Source: Ignavibacteriota bacterium | Lineage (GTDB): Bacteria; Bacteroidota; Ignavibacteria; UBA10030 | NCBI GenBank assembly: GCA_963727825.1 | Contig: CAVSHO010000010.1 | Coordinates: 32,001-96,000 of the forward strand | Length of the DNA: 64,000 bases | Reading direction: 5' to 3' | In this document: piece after piece, positions 1 through 10,471 of the stretch | Numbering within the stretch: position 1 is the first letter of the stretch | Layout: every line of letters begins with the position of its first letter | Position numbers and translations under genes: made by a program | The notes under the pieces: generated by a model | Told to the model about the DNA's origin: nothing | Databases searched by the model: none | The model's input: the letters and a program-made list of their open reading frames with translations, nothing else

Positions 1-325
1 GATAAATGCGTTGTTTGACATGGACATATTTCATAACGGTGGTGCGCCCCTTTTCGTCACTCATCGTCGTAATTGTATCTTTTGGTTTGTTGAAGATAAT
101 ATAAACGAGTTTCTCTTCAAGATTCACCAATTCGCCTTGAACTGAAATCTTGTCTTTTCCAACTTGGACCTGGACACCTAACTCTTTAACCAATCTGCCA
201 TTGATTTTCACCGCACCTGAAAGGATTAATTCATCATTCTTTCGGCGCGAACCAATTCCAGCCATTGCAAGATATCGATTCAAGCGAACAGTTTCTTGAT
301 GAACCCTTGAATCTTTTCTCTCCAT
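1..325 (-). CDS. rluB: rRNA pseudouridine synthase RluB-like, 5' part (runs off window start)
   Basis: Manual translation from ATG at 325: MERKDSRVHQETVRLNRYLAMAGIGSRRKNDELI...FNKPKDTITTMSDEKGRTTV. S4 domain plus RsuA/RluB motif; follows scpAB as usual. Confidence 0.85.
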   Translation of the reverse strand, partial: MERKDSRVHQETVRLNRYLAMAGIGSRRKNDELILSGAVKINGRLVKELGVQVQVGKDKISVQGELVNLEEKLVYIIFNKPKDTITTMSDEKGRTTVMKYVHVKQRIY

Positions 326-1392
326 ACCTTCCAACGCTTTTGCGCCTGTCCCTTTGGAGGTTGTGGTTTCCCTGCTTCCGAAGTGTTTTGGTCGTCGTCT
401 TGAATTAATTCTTCTGTCGTTGATGACATTTCTCCACTTTGTATTTCTATTTCCGGTGTTCTTTTTGGTTCATTACAGATGTCTATAATTTCAGATTGTG
501 TTTTTTCATCTACTGCTTTATCAATCGGTAACTGTTGCTCTGCTGGAGTATTTTCCGGAGTGAACTCAATCTTTTCTTGTCCTGCTTCTTCTAATGCCTT
601 TCGTTCTTCAATAGGCATTATTCTTATTTCACGTGTTATTTTATGAGGAACGATTTCAACGCCTTTTTCATCAAGTTCCGGTTTCTTTTTGGGAATGTGC
701 GGCAACCGTGATTTAAAATCTTCCTGATCTTTTCGTGCCTCCTCAGCTCCAGCTTGGGCCTCCAGCATTCTGCGTTCCGTTTCAAATTGGCTTTCACCAA
801 GAATTTCTTCGATCTCTCGAGGCCTGGGCAAATCTGTAATATCGTTTAATCCAAAATGTTTAAGAAATTCTCTTGTTGTCCCGTACAAAAGAGGACGTCC
901 GACACTTTCAGCTCGTCCCGTTACAGTTAGCAATTCTTTTTCCAGCAAAGTTTTGAGGACATAATCGCAATTGACACCACGAATTTTTTCAACCTCTGCT
1001 TTTGTAATCGGCTGTTTGTAGGCAACGATTGCTAACGTTTCAATGCCGGATTGGGAAAGTTTCCTTCGCCCCTGTTCTTTATATAGTTTTCCAAGCCATT
1101 CAGCATATTCTGGCAACGTAGCAAATTGATATCCACCAGCAATTTGCACAATGCGATATGGCCGATCCTGCTTTGTATATTCCTTATTCAGATCTGTTAT
1201 AATTTGTCGAATAACTTCCGGTTCTATATGTCTTGATTCATCACTCCGTACATTTTCACCTTCATAGATGGAACGAATCTGGTTAATAGAAAGTTGTTCC
1301 TGGGCAGCAAAGATTAATGCCTCGATCAATGTCTTGATTGTTGTCGGAATTTTTAGTTCAGTTTTCTCTATGGTTATCTGTTCTTCGGTCAA
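280..1392 (-). CDS. scpB: SMC-Scp complex subunit ScpB with long acidic C-terminal extension
   Basis: IEALIFA, AGGYQFAT, ETLAIVAYKQPITKAEVEKIRGVN, GRPLLYGTTREFL motifs. Confidence 0.95.
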   Translation of the reverse strand: MTEEQITIEKTELKIPTTIKTLIEALIFAAQEQLSINQIRSIYEGENVRSDESRHIEPEVIRQIITDLNKEYTKQDRPYRIVQIAGGYQFATLPEYAEWLGKLYKEQGRRKLSQSGIETLAIVAYKQPITKAEVEKIRGVNCDYVLKTLLEKELLTVTGRAESVGRPLLYGTTREFLKHFGLNDITDLPRPREIEEILGESQFETERRMLEAQAGAEEARKDQEDFKSRLPHIPKKKPELDEKGVEIVPHKITREIRIMPIEERKALEEAGQEKIEFTPENTPAEQQLPIDKAVDEKTQSEIIDICNEPKRTPEIEIQSGEMSSTTEELIQDDDQNTSEAGKPQPPKGQAQKRWKVWREKIQGFIKKLFA

Positions 1393-2105
1393 TTCACATT
1401 TCTCATAATAGATAGATCGCCGTATGGCTTTAATTGTCTGACGATGATTTTCTTAGCCCGTATAACTTCTAGTAAGGCAAGAAATGTTACTACAATACGA
1501 ATTCGTTCTGTAAAGTCTTTGACCAAATCATAAAAGGTCGCTTCAGAACGCCGCGAAAAGAATTCTTCGATATAAGTTATTTGTTCTTCGATAGTTACAT
1601 TAAGCTTTTCAATTTCATGAACGAATTTTTTCGGCATTCGATCCATTGCAAATTTGAATGAAGCAATCAAATCGAAGAAAGTCACATCGCGGATCATATC
1701 TTCGCCGGTCTCTTCTTCTACTACATGTTCATCGGCAGAATGATAACCGCGGTAGTGCACTTTCATCTGTTCTTCTTCTCGATTCTTCATTTGCAAAGAC
1801 ATTTCCTTGAAACGTTTATATTCCACCAAACGCTGAACCAAATTTGCACGCGGGTCAAGTTCTTCCTCATCACTTTGTTCCGGCGGTAAAAGCATTTTGA
1901 CTTTTATCTGCATTAGCTCAGCAGCCATTACTAAGAACTCACCAGCAATTTCCAAATCAAATTGCTGCAAGAAATGCATGTAATCTAAGAATTCTCTCGT
2001 AATACTTGCTATCGGAATGTCATAGATATCCAGTTCATCCCGTTTGATGAAGAATAAAAGAAGATCCAGCGGCCCTTCAAAATCATTCAGTTTAATTGTG
2101 TACAT
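1389..2105 (-). CDS. scpA: Segregation/condensation protein ScpA
   Basis: FEGPLDLLL, DIYDIPI, FLALLE motifs; adjacent to scpB. Confidence 0.95.
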   Translation of the reverse strand: MYTIKLNDFEGPLDLLLFFIKRDELDIYDIPIASITREFLDYMHFLQQFDLEIAGEFLVMAAELMQIKVKMLLPPEQSDEEELDPRANLVQRLVEYKRFKEMSLQMKNREEEQMKVHYRGYHSADEHVVEEETGEDMIRDVTFFDLIASFKFAMDRMPKKFVHEIEKLNVTIEEQITYIEEFFSRRSEATFYDLVKDFTERIRIVVTFLALLEVIRAKKIIVRQLKPYGDLSIMRNVN

Positions 2106-2110
2106 TATAA

Positions 2111-3094
2111 CTACCCAAGTTTCATTGCTTCATGGACTTCAGTCATCGTCTGTTTCGCGACTGCTTTAGCGCGTTTTTCGCCATCAGCAAGAATGTTCTT
2201 TACATCATCCATATGCTCTTCGTAATATGATCTCTTCTCGTAACTCGGTGCAAGCGTCTCTATAATTTTTTTTGCACAGTTCATTTTGCAATCCACACAT
2301 CCAAGTTTACCGCTTTCACAATTGGCACGAATCTCCGGTACCTCTGCCGGATTGAATTTATTGTGATAGGCAAAAACCAAACATATATCGGGATGACCAG
2401 GATCGCCTTTACGAACTTTTTGTGGATCAGTCACAGCTGTCTTCAGTTTTTTCATTATTGCTTCGGGCGAATCTGAAAGAAGAATTGTATTCCCAATCGA
2501 TTTGCTCATTCGTTTTCCATCTAAACCGGGCAAGCGAGCGAACTTTGTAATTTTTCCTTCTGGTTCAGGAAAAACCGGAGCATATTGAACATTAAAACGT
2601 CTTGCAAGCTCACGCGTAATTTCGATATGCGGCAATTGGTCTTCACCGACAGGCACTACATCTCCTTTGTAAAGCAAAATATCTGCTGCCTGCAGTACCG
2701 GATAGCCGAGATGGCCATATACTACATTATCCATTGAAAGATCACGAACTTGTTCCTTCAACGTTGGGTTTCGTTCAAGACGCGAAGTAGTAATCAGCAT
2801 GGAAAAAATTAGATGCAACTCTGAGTGCTCTTTGATTTGCGATTGACGGAACATTGGGCTTTGTACTGGATCAATCCCAGCGGCAAGCCAATCAATCAGC
2901 ATGTCGATGGAATTACTATAAATCTCTGATGTATCCGGATTTGTTGTTAACGCATGATAATCGGCAATGAGATGATAATTCTGATAATCACCTTGCATCG
3001 CTACCCAATTCTCCAATGCGCCTGTAAGATGACCAAGATGCAGTTTTCCCGTTGGGCGCATGCCACTAAGAATGATTTTTTTCTTTTGATTCAA
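2111..3094 (-). CDS. trpS: Tryptophan--tRNA ligase
   Basis: SGMRPTGKLHLGH (HIGH), YPVLQAADIL, VPVGEDQ, RMSKS. Confidence 0.97.
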   Translation of the reverse strand: MNQKKKIILSGMRPTGKLHLGHLTGALENWVAMQGDYQNYHLIADYHALTTNPDTSEIYSNSIDMLIDWLAAGIDPVQSPMFRQSQIKEHSELHLIFSMLITTSRLERNPTLKEQVRDLSMDNVVYGHLGYPVLQAADILLYKGDVVPVGEDQLPHIEITRELARRFNVQYAPVFPEPEGKITKFARLPGLDGKRMSKSIGNTILLSDSPEAIMKKLKTAVTDPQKVRKGDPGHPDICLVFAYHNKFNPAEVPEIRANCESGKLGCVDCKMNCAKKIIETLAPSYEKRSYYEEHMDDVKNILADGEKRAKAVAKQTMTEVHEAMKLG

Positions 3095-3124
3095 AAGAAC
3101 ATTAATTCCTTTCGATGCAAATAA

Positions 3125-3166
3125 CTTTTAGTAATTAGCTATTAGGTAAAAGCCAATAGCTATTCT
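3125..3166. repeat. Degenerate heptamer array with internal inversion
   Basis: cttttag-taattag-ctattag-gtaaaag-ccaatag-ctattct; agctatt...aatagct can pair. Confidence 0.5.
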
Positions 3167-3670
3167 TCAATTCATAAATAGATACGGTTTCCAATGGTCA
3201 TCTACCGTGCCAACGAAGTGCCGTATAAACATTACGTGATTGGGACGAATAGGTTTGCGTAGAAGTTTCATTTGTGCTTCATGTAATGTTCGGTCTCCTT
3301 TTTTATTGTTGCATGAAACGCATGCAGCAACAAGATTTTCCCAGGTATCTGGACCGCCCTTCGCTTTCGGAATAACATGATCAACAGTGAGCATTGACTC
3401 GGTTTTTCCACAATATTGACATAAATGCCCATCACGGCGTAATATATTCTTATGGGAAAGGACAATTTTCTTATAGGGCAACCGAATATAGACAGAGAGG
3501 CGAACGATGCTTGGATAAGGCATCGATGTATAAACAGAACGCAATTTTCTACCATCACACGCTGCAATCAATTCTGCTTTCCCTAAATATAAAAGAATGA
3601 TTGCTTTCTTGACGTTACAGATGCTTAACGGCTCATAATCATGATTAAGTACAAGTACTTTCCGGCTCAA
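3167..3670 (-). CDS. HNH endonuclease (McrA-like, HNH_5 type)
   Basis: VLVLN, RRDGHLCQYCG, LTVDHVIPKAKGG, WENLVAACVSCNNKKG. Confidence 0.9.
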   Translation of the reverse strand: MSRKVLVLNHDYEPLSICNVKKAIILLYLGKAELIAACDGRKLRSVYTSMPYPSIVRLSVYIRLPYKKIVLSHKNILRRDGHLCQYCGKTESMLTVDHVIPKAKGGPDTWENLVAACVSCNNKKGDRTLHEAQMKLLRKPIRPNHVMFIRHFVGTVDDHWKPYLFMN

Positions 3671-3784
3671 TTTTCCGTCTGCACCAACGGTTCTTTCAAA
3701 GACACTGAAGACCTATGCACCTCCTCTATACTATTAGATTGTTGGACTACAAATTTCTCATTAAATATCATTGATTCTATTGAA

Positions 3785-3813
3785 AATATACCATAATTTG
3801 CACCGAGAGTCAA
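3785..3813 (-). promoter_or_regulatory. sigma70-type promoter for HNH-trpS-scpAB-rluB
   Basis: TTGACT-17 nt-TATATT on minus strand, with TG before the -10. Confidence 0.6.
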
Positions 3814-4079
3814 GATGTGCATAACTGATTTGGAATTTCATAGATTGTATTAATCATTCCAAAGGATTCCAGCGATTAATCAAAGTTAACCTTTGGAAAA
3901 TCATATTTAATTGCATTTGTATCTTTTACTTATCTCTTCTATTGAATCGTAAACAAGCAAAATCCCAAAGGAGTAAGCAAACATAAATAGCTATGATAGC
4001 AGGCAATGGGGATTTTTGCTCAAATATAAATTGATAGGTAAGATGTTATTCTAAGAAACATTTCCAATTCTATAGTAAG

Positions 4080-6521
4080 GTGAACAAATTGAAATCTTTA
4101 GTTACTCTAATATTGTTTTTCATATTGCTATCTTTTCAGGATTTCGCACAGGAAAGGAATAGCTACAAGTTGATGGGGAGTGTTGTCGACTCGGTATCGG
4201 GCGCCAGTTTACAAAATATTAATGTAACAATAATTTCGAGAAAAGATGGGAAGGTAATCGGTGGAGCAACAACTAACGCAAAGGGTTATTATGAAATAGA
4301 AAAAATTCCAGAGCGTGTAATACGCGCGAAGTTTTCGATAGTTGGGTATCAAACAAAAATAATTGATTCGATCTCATTAGAAAATACTTCACGCATAGGT
4401 ATAGTTAAGCTTTTTGAAACAACGATAGTAATGCCCGATGTAGTTGTCGAAACAATTAAGCCGATGATTGAATTTAAAGCCGATAAACAAATAATTAATA
4501 TCGACCAGGCCCCGGGAAACAACGGCTCTTTGACAGATGTGTTGAATAATTCCGGACTGGTGGATGTTGATCCTCAATCAAAGTCTATCTCTGTACGAGG
4601 ACAAGCTGTACGATTGGAAAAGGACGGGCATCCGTTCAAGATGCCGGATAATACACTCTCTCAGCTTCCCGCAGCGATGTTTGACCAGGTTGAAGTCGTT
4701 TTATCCCCAGGCGCTAGAGAAAGTGCTGAAGGTGGAACTTATATCCTTAACATAATTACAAAAAAAAGTGCGTATGATAATATAAGTGGTTCTCTTAATA
4801 TAAATGTTGCCTCAAATCAAAATAATTACGGCGGTTTGAATGTAAACTATAAGGTAAATAAATTAAACATTTTTATTTCAAGTCTCGGGTACTTCAGCAA
4901 ATTCATCGCTAAATCTATTTATGAAAAAGATAATTACAACGCCACGAGCTTTCATTACTTGAATTCTAATTCATCAACTAATAGCGACATTTTTTTCGGA
5001 AATATTGAATCAGGATTTGATTATAATCTGGATGAAAATAATACTTTCACATTCGTCGGTTCTTATAATAGACAGAAAGATAACAAAAACACTACCGGCA
5101 ACGGTGTAGTTGAAAATAATCTTTCCATTCCAGAGTATAGCTTAGGAAATCTGAGCAATTTAGATGACGCAAGGAGCAACTATACTCTTTACGGTTTCTA
5201 TAAAAAGAAATTCGGCAAGTCCGATTCGCAATCCGCATTACCTGAAAAAGAGTTGACATTCGATGCATACTTCTCCAACATTTACAATCGTTCATTCGAT
5301 GACTTGAATACTATGTACAGTTATCAACCCGACCTACCACAATTGATTAACAGTGGGACTGTTGAGAATGCAAATACCTTTATCTTCAAAGTTGAATATG
5401 TTGTTCCTTCAGAAATTGGAACGTTCGAGACCGGATATAATTTCACTTATCGTCATAGACAAGACGAAAACAATTCGCTTGACTATTCTTATCTGACTAA
5501 TACATGGCAGGACAGCTTAGGACTAAGTAATCTCTTCAGATACAAAGAGAATATTCATGCGGGTTATATTTCGTACTCAGAGGATTTTGGTAAATTTGGA
5601 TCAAGGGCTGGTTGTAGAATGGAATATCTATCAACAGAAGAGAACCAGATTACCACTGATCAAAATTATGATCATTGTTTTTTAAATTTCTTTCCAAACT
5701 TAGATATTTCATATAGAATAAACGAGTTCTTTCAGATTTACTTTAACGCTTTTAGGAGAGTAAAGTATCCAGAGTTGTATTATGTAAATCCATATAAGAT
5801 ATACACCGGACCAAATAGTTTTAAAGCAGGAAATCCTGATTTACAGCCCTCTTACACAAATTCGTATGCACTTGGTTTGTCTCAATACATTAATGCATAT
5901 TACAGTTTTTCATCCGGATTATACCAATATGTAATGGCAAATCTTCAAGACAGTATATCGAACATCTACCCAGTAAACTTAAACAGCAACAAAATATACG
6001 GTGTAGACTTATCACTACCATATTATAATAGTCCGATGGCTTTGTTTCATCTGCCTGATTGTATTTCGATGATTAATATCAGATTTACCTACAGGTACAG
6101 CAAGACCACCGGCAATTATCTAAATGAGGATTTATCCGACTGGGGCTATTCCAAATCATTGAACGCTTCACTCGGATTGAAACTATGGTATGATATTGAT
6201 GCAAATATGTATTTTACTATTACACCAAGAACAGAAAGCAAAATGTATATCAACAATCAATATTCCTACTCTATGATCTCCTTTAGAAAGTCATTCTTAA
6301 ATGAAAAACTTGAGGTTAGTTTGTCGGTTAACGATATCTTGAATAGCAATAAATACGATTATCAAACGTTCGGTACTGATTTCTATCTTCACAATATTAG
6401 CACAATGCAAAACAGTCAGGCAGTTCGCCTAAACATTATATACATGTTTAATAATTATCAGCAAAGGCCGGAAAGAAATATTGATGACGGAAGGGATGCT
6501 GCAGATAAATCGAACAGATGA
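4080..6521 (+). CDS. TonB-dependent receptor-like outer-membrane beta-barrel protein
   Basis: Signal peptide, carboxypeptidase-regulatory-like N-domain, plug-like region, GNPDLQPSY and NDILNS motifs of the OMP_b-brl_3 type. Confidence 0.8.
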   Translation: MNKLKSLVTLILFFILLSFQDFAQERNSYKLMGSVVDSVSGASLQNINVTIISRKDGKVIGGATTNAKGYYEIEKIPERVIRAKFSIVGYQTKIIDSISLENTSRIGIVKLFETTIVMPDVVVETIKPMIEFKADKQIINIDQAPGNNGSLTDVLNNSGLVDVDPQSKSISVRGQAVRLEKDGHPFKMPDNTLSQLPAAMFDQVEVVLSPGARESAEGGTYILNIITKKSAYDNISGSLNINVASNQNNYGGLNVNYKVNKLNIFISSLGYFSKFIAKSIYEKDNYNATSFHYLNSNSSTNSDIFFGNIESGFDYNLDENNTFTFVGSYNRQKDNKNTTGNGVVENNLSIPEYSLGNLSNLDDARSNYTLYGFYKKKFGKSDSQSALPEKELTFDAYFSNIYNRSFDDLNTMYSYQPDLPQLINSGTVENANTFIFKVEYVVPSEIGTFETGYNFTYRHRQDENNSLDYSYLTNTWQDSLGLSNLFRYKENIHAGYISYSEDFGKFGSRAGCRMEYLSTEENQITTDQNYDHCFLNFFPNLDISYRINEFFQIYFNAFRRVKYPELYYVNPYKIYTGPNSFKAGNPDLQPSYTNSYALGLSQYINAYYSFSSGLYQYVMANLQDSISNIYPVNLNSNKIYGVDLSLPYYNSPMALFHLPDCISMINIRFTYRYSKTTGNYLNEDLSDWGYSKSLNASLGLKLWYDIDANMYFTITPRTESKMYINNQYSYSMISFRKSFLNEKLEVSLSVNDILNSNKYDYQTFGTDFYLHNISTMQNSQAVRLNIIYMFNNYQQRPERNIDDGRDAADKSNR

Positions 6522-6686
6522 AGATGTAGCTCTATACTAGATAATATAAATTGATTATGGATTCTGCCATGCTATCTTTATTTTTTTCTCAGTAGCAATA
6601 AACTTAACTAAAGATAATTAGTATGAATAGTAGATACTTTAAATCTAAATTCTTCCTTTTCGTGATTTTATTTTGCGACTTTGAAT

Positions 6687-8918
6687 CTATTCATTCACGA
6701 TGCTTTCCAGCTCTTTAGCCGCAGCGTTGATTATATCAACTTCTCCTTCAAGAATAACTGCGATTTTCGAGATTTGTTCCTCGGCAAGCTTCCACTGTTT
6801 CTGCTCTATAGCCTCTCGCACTGCTGGAATAGTCTTCACACCATAGCCTGTATAAAACCCAGGCGCGTAAATCTGATGTTTAAACCAGGGCCGTCCAGGT
6901 AATCCTTCACTGCTTGTAAGCTTCCGCTCACATTCTATGAGCTTTCGATTGACCGATTCGAACGATTTTTTCGTCTCCGACGAAGTTTTCTTTAATGCTC
7001 GATGGTATCGTTCGGCACTCTTTGAAAGCGCGTACACAGCATTTTGTATTGGTGCAAAATTCAAATATGGCGGAATTTCTTCTATGTGCGGCGGGATCAT
7101 TTTCACTTTCGGATCAGCCGTAGCAGCGAATACACCTTCTTCAATTTCTCGATTTTGTTCACGAAGTTCATTTTGTCTCGCGGTCAATAGTTTCTGAATT
7201 TCATCTGTGTAACGTCTTATTGTTGCAGCCTCGTTTATAAATTCAAACGGCAACAGGTTATCGCTGGTTAAACGCATTACCGCAATTCCCACAGTTTGAG
7301 CGAGCGCACATCCGTAGGCAAACGAGGTATCCGAAAAATGCGTGTACCAATAGAAGTCATCGTAGATCGAATGATAAACTCCTCCTCCATCTTCTCCGCC
7401 ATATGCCACATCAAGTGATGCAATGCCTAGAAAATCGAGAAATGCCGTATAGTCTGATCCGGATCCGAGCGCACCAATTCTCCACGTTTTTTGTTCACGA
7501 AGCTCCTGACGTAAATCGGCAGTAGCGTGTTCGATTCGCTGTAACTGGAGGCGTTTCCATACTGAAAGATTTGTTTCCGGGTCGTGAATTTCGTGCGCGA
7601 CATCATTCACAAATTTTTCAAGTGAATGTGAACCGGAGACACTGAGATACCCCCTGCCATTTGCATCCGAATTGATATATACCACCGCTTTTCGTTTCAA
7701 TTCGTCTGCATGTTCCTCAGCCCATTCCGTCGAACCGAGAAGTCCTTCTTCTTCTCCGTCCCAAGCACAGTAGACGATGGTTCGCATCGGTTTCCATCCT
7801 TTTTTCAGAAGCTCACCGAATGCGCGTGCTTCTTCCAATAATGCAACTTGTGCTGAGATGGGATCTTCCGCCCCATTTACCCATGCATCGTAATGATTCC
7901 CTCGGATAATCCACTCATCAGGAAATTGATACCCACGTAAGGTTGCAATAACATCGTAGATTTTTTTCCTGTCCCAGTTAAACGATACCTTGAGATGTAC
8001 CTTAGCATTACCTGGCCCGATGTGATAAGTAATCGGCAGTGTTCCACGCCAGGAATCCGGTGCAACTGGACCGTTCAAAGCCGCAAGCAGAGGTTGTGCA
8101 TCGGCATATGAAATGGGAAGAACGGGAATTTTCGTTAGTGTTTGCACATCGTTCATAGAAAGCCGTTTGGCATGTTCCGAAGCACCGACTCCTGGCGTAA
8201 GAGGATCTCCAGGATACAGCGGCATATCCATGACACTTCCTCGTTGCACTCCATCGCTGGGGCGATATGCTCCAGTTGGAAACACATCTCCCCGAGTATA
8301 CCCGTCGCTGCCTGGATCCGAATAAATCAAACATCCGACTGCACCGTGCTCAGCTGCAACCTTAGGTTTAATGCCCCGCCACGACGCTCCATATCGTGCA
8401 ATCACAATACATCCCTTGACGGAAATACCCATCCGTTCAAGTTGCTCATAATCGTCAGGAATACCATAATTTACATACACAAGCGGTGCAGTTACATCGC
8501 CATCAATCGAGTAAGCATTGTACGTAGGAAGCTGTTCGTCCTGTTGGCTTGATGTCGGATCGATCGCAAGCGGAGGTTCTTGAAGTTTTGCAATGAAGTT
8601 ACCGGGTGCAACAAGCGCAAGGTAACGCTCTTTTGGCGTGGGAAAAAGCACATCGAATGTTTCGATATGAGCATCCCATCCCCATTCTTTGAACTTCGAA
8701 AGTATCCAGTCCGCATTTTGTTTATCATATGCCGAACCAACGTGGTGAGGATGAGCGGACAGCAATTGCATCATGTTGCGAAGATTCTCAGGACGCGGTA
8801 TGGAACAGAATTCCTTTTCCCAAACAGCATTTCTTACTGAATCATCCCCTTGCGAGAAAACATTTATATAGAATAACAACGTGAAAATAAGAAAAAAAAG
8901 TAACTTTCGATTAAGCAT
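6687..8918 (-). CDS. M28 glutamate carboxypeptidase II / transferrin-receptor-like peptidase (PA and TfR dimerisation domains)
   Basis: GNHYDAW, WDGEEEGLLGSTEW, GSGSDY, YHSIYDD, RPWFKH. Confidence 0.9.
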   Translation of the reverse strand: MLNRKLLFFLIFTLLFYINVFSQGDDSVRNAVWEKEFCSIPRPENLRNMMQLLSAHPHHVGSAYDKQNADWILSKFKEWGWDAHIETFDVLFPTPKERYLALVAPGNFIAKLQEPPLAIDPTSSQQDEQLPTYNAYSIDGDVTAPLVYVNYGIPDDYEQLERMGISVKGCIVIARYGASWRGIKPKVAAEHGAVGCLIYSDPGSDGYTRGDVFPTGAYRPSDGVQRGSVMDMPLYPGDPLTPGVGASEHAKRLSMNDVQTLTKIPVLPISYADAQPLLAALNGPVAPDSWRGTLPITYHIGPGNAKVHLKVSFNWDRKKIYDVIATLRGYQFPDEWIIRGNHYDAWVNGAEDPISAQVALLEEARAFGELLKKGWKPMRTIVYCAWDGEEEGLLGSTEWAEEHADELKRKAVVYINSDANGRGYLSVSGSHSLEKFVNDVAHEIHDPETNLSVWKRLQLQRIEHATADLRQELREQKTWRIGALGSGSDYTAFLDFLGIASLDVAYGGEDGGGVYHSIYDDFYWYTHFSDTSFAYGCALAQTVGIAVMRLTSDNLLPFEFINEAATIRRYTDEIQKLLTARQNELREQNREIEEGVFAATADPKVKMIPPHIEEIPPYLNFAPIQNAVYALSKSAERYHRALKKTSSETKKSFESVNRKLIECERKLTSSEGLPGRPWFKHQIYAPGFYTGYGVKTIPAVREAIEQKQWKLAEEQISKIAVILEGEVDIINAAAKELESIVNE

Positions 8919-9023
8919 ATTGTCACTCCTGTAAAGTCTACTAATCCGTTGGAATCTTCAGAATGATGCCCTATATGCAGAGCATTAAATTTAATTTGCC
9001 GGTGAAATCAATTCCGACTTCTA

Positions 9024-10196
9024 TCACATTTTATAACTCTTTTTTATCTCCTCCATTGAATCGCCGCCAAATTTTTCTAAGAATGCATTTGCTAAAACCG
9101 GTGCAATTACTGCCTCCCCGATAACTGATGCAGCCGGCACAGCACAAACATCAGATCGCTCATATCGGGACTCCACTAATTTATTCGTCGCAAGATCTAT
9201 AGCTTTCAATGGCTTAGCGAGCGTGGCAATCGGTTTCATTGCAGCACGAAGAACTATTATCTGTCCGTTCGTAACACTTCCTTCAAGTCCACCCGCTCGA
9301 TTGGTTACACGCGTAATTTTATTATCTTTCAATGTGAACTCATCATGCACGTAAGAACCAAATTTCATCGCATTCGCAAATCCATCTCCAATCTCAATAC
9401 CTTTAATCGCCTGAATCGATATTAGCGATTGAGCAAGCTGACCATCCAACTTTCTATCATACTGCACATAACTTCCTAATCCTATTGGAACGCCAGTAAT
9501 GATGACTTCAAATATTCCACCGAGTGTGTCACCTGTTTTCTTTGCTTTCTTGATCTCTGTTATTGCCTTAATCTCCGTTGATTTATCAAGCATCCTCACT
9601 TCGGATTTGTCTGCCTCTTTAGCCACTTTGTATGCCGTATACGGCTCACCACTGATCAATTTCATAATCTTTCGATCGATTTTCGTTCTGTTCTTCATTA
9701 CTGCTGAACCAATACTTAGAACATGACTGCCGATGAAGATGCCATTATCCTCTAAGAATTTTCTAATGATGGTACAAAGAGCAACACGCATTGCCGTCTC
9801 TCTCGCGCTCGCCCGTTCAATTACGTTACGTAAATCATCAAATCTGTATTTCATTGCGCCTGAATAATCAGCATGACCGGGGCGAGGGATTGTAATCTTA
9901 TCGATTCCAGCTCCATCGCCATCTATAGACATCTTCCCTGTCCAATTCTGCCAGTCCTTATTCTGAATCATCAAAGCAATTGGAGAGCCGAGCGTTTTGC
10001 CGAATCGTACGCCTGAAAGAATCTCGACTTTATCCGTTTCAATTTTCATCCTGCCGCCACGGCCATATCCTTGCTGTCTCCGCCACAATTGGTGGTTAAT
10101 GTATTCGGCAGAAATCTCGACACCAGCCGGCATTCCTTCCAAAATACCAACGAGTGCTTTGCCGTGTGATTCTCCTGCAGTTAGATAGCGGATCAT
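9024..10196 (-). CDS. aroC: Chorismate synthase
   Basis: TAGESHG, RRQQGYGRGGRM, PRPGHAD, ERASARETA, RSDVCAVPAA. Confidence 0.97.
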   Translation of the reverse strand: MIRYLTAGESHGKALVGILEGMPAGVEISAEYINHQLWRRQQGYGRGGRMKIETDKVEILSGVRFGKTLGSPIALMIQNKDWQNWTGKMSIDGDGAGIDKITIPRPGHADYSGAMKYRFDDLRNVIERASARETAMRVALCTIIRKFLEDNGIFIGSHVLSIGSAVMKNRTKIDRKIMKLISGEPYTAYKVAKEADKSEVRMLDKSTEIKAITEIKKAKKTGDTLGGIFEVIITGVPIGLGSYVQYDRKLDGQLAQSLISIQAIKGIEIGDGFANAMKFGSYVHDEFTLKDNKITRVTNRAGGLEGSVTNGQIIVLRAAMKPIATLAKPLKAIDLATNKLVESRYERSDVCAVPAASVIGEAVIAPVLANAFLEKFGGDSMEEIKKSYKM

Positions 10197-10471
10197 AGGT
10201 TTGTTCTTTTGATTAATATTACAAGGGCGAATTATTTTCTATTATTACGTATTTAATAAAACAAAATTTCGAAGGAGATTCAATTGGCAGGCAAACAAAA
10301 AGCTGCAATTGACAATCAAAATGATATATCGTAATTTATTTATGTCAAAGCAACCTTAAAAACAATGCATATGCACAAAAACTTATTTGCCATAGCGCAC
10401 ATTGTAACAACATTGTCTTAAGAGAAATTGTCACGGAATACGCTGCACTCGTTTTACCAAAGGAGGAGCAG

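Noticed and set aside
3167-3670. HNH gene as a defence or mobile nuclease
   Set aside because: Looks like the widespread stand-alone HNH family in a housekeeping operon with host-like composition; no methylase or repeats nearby
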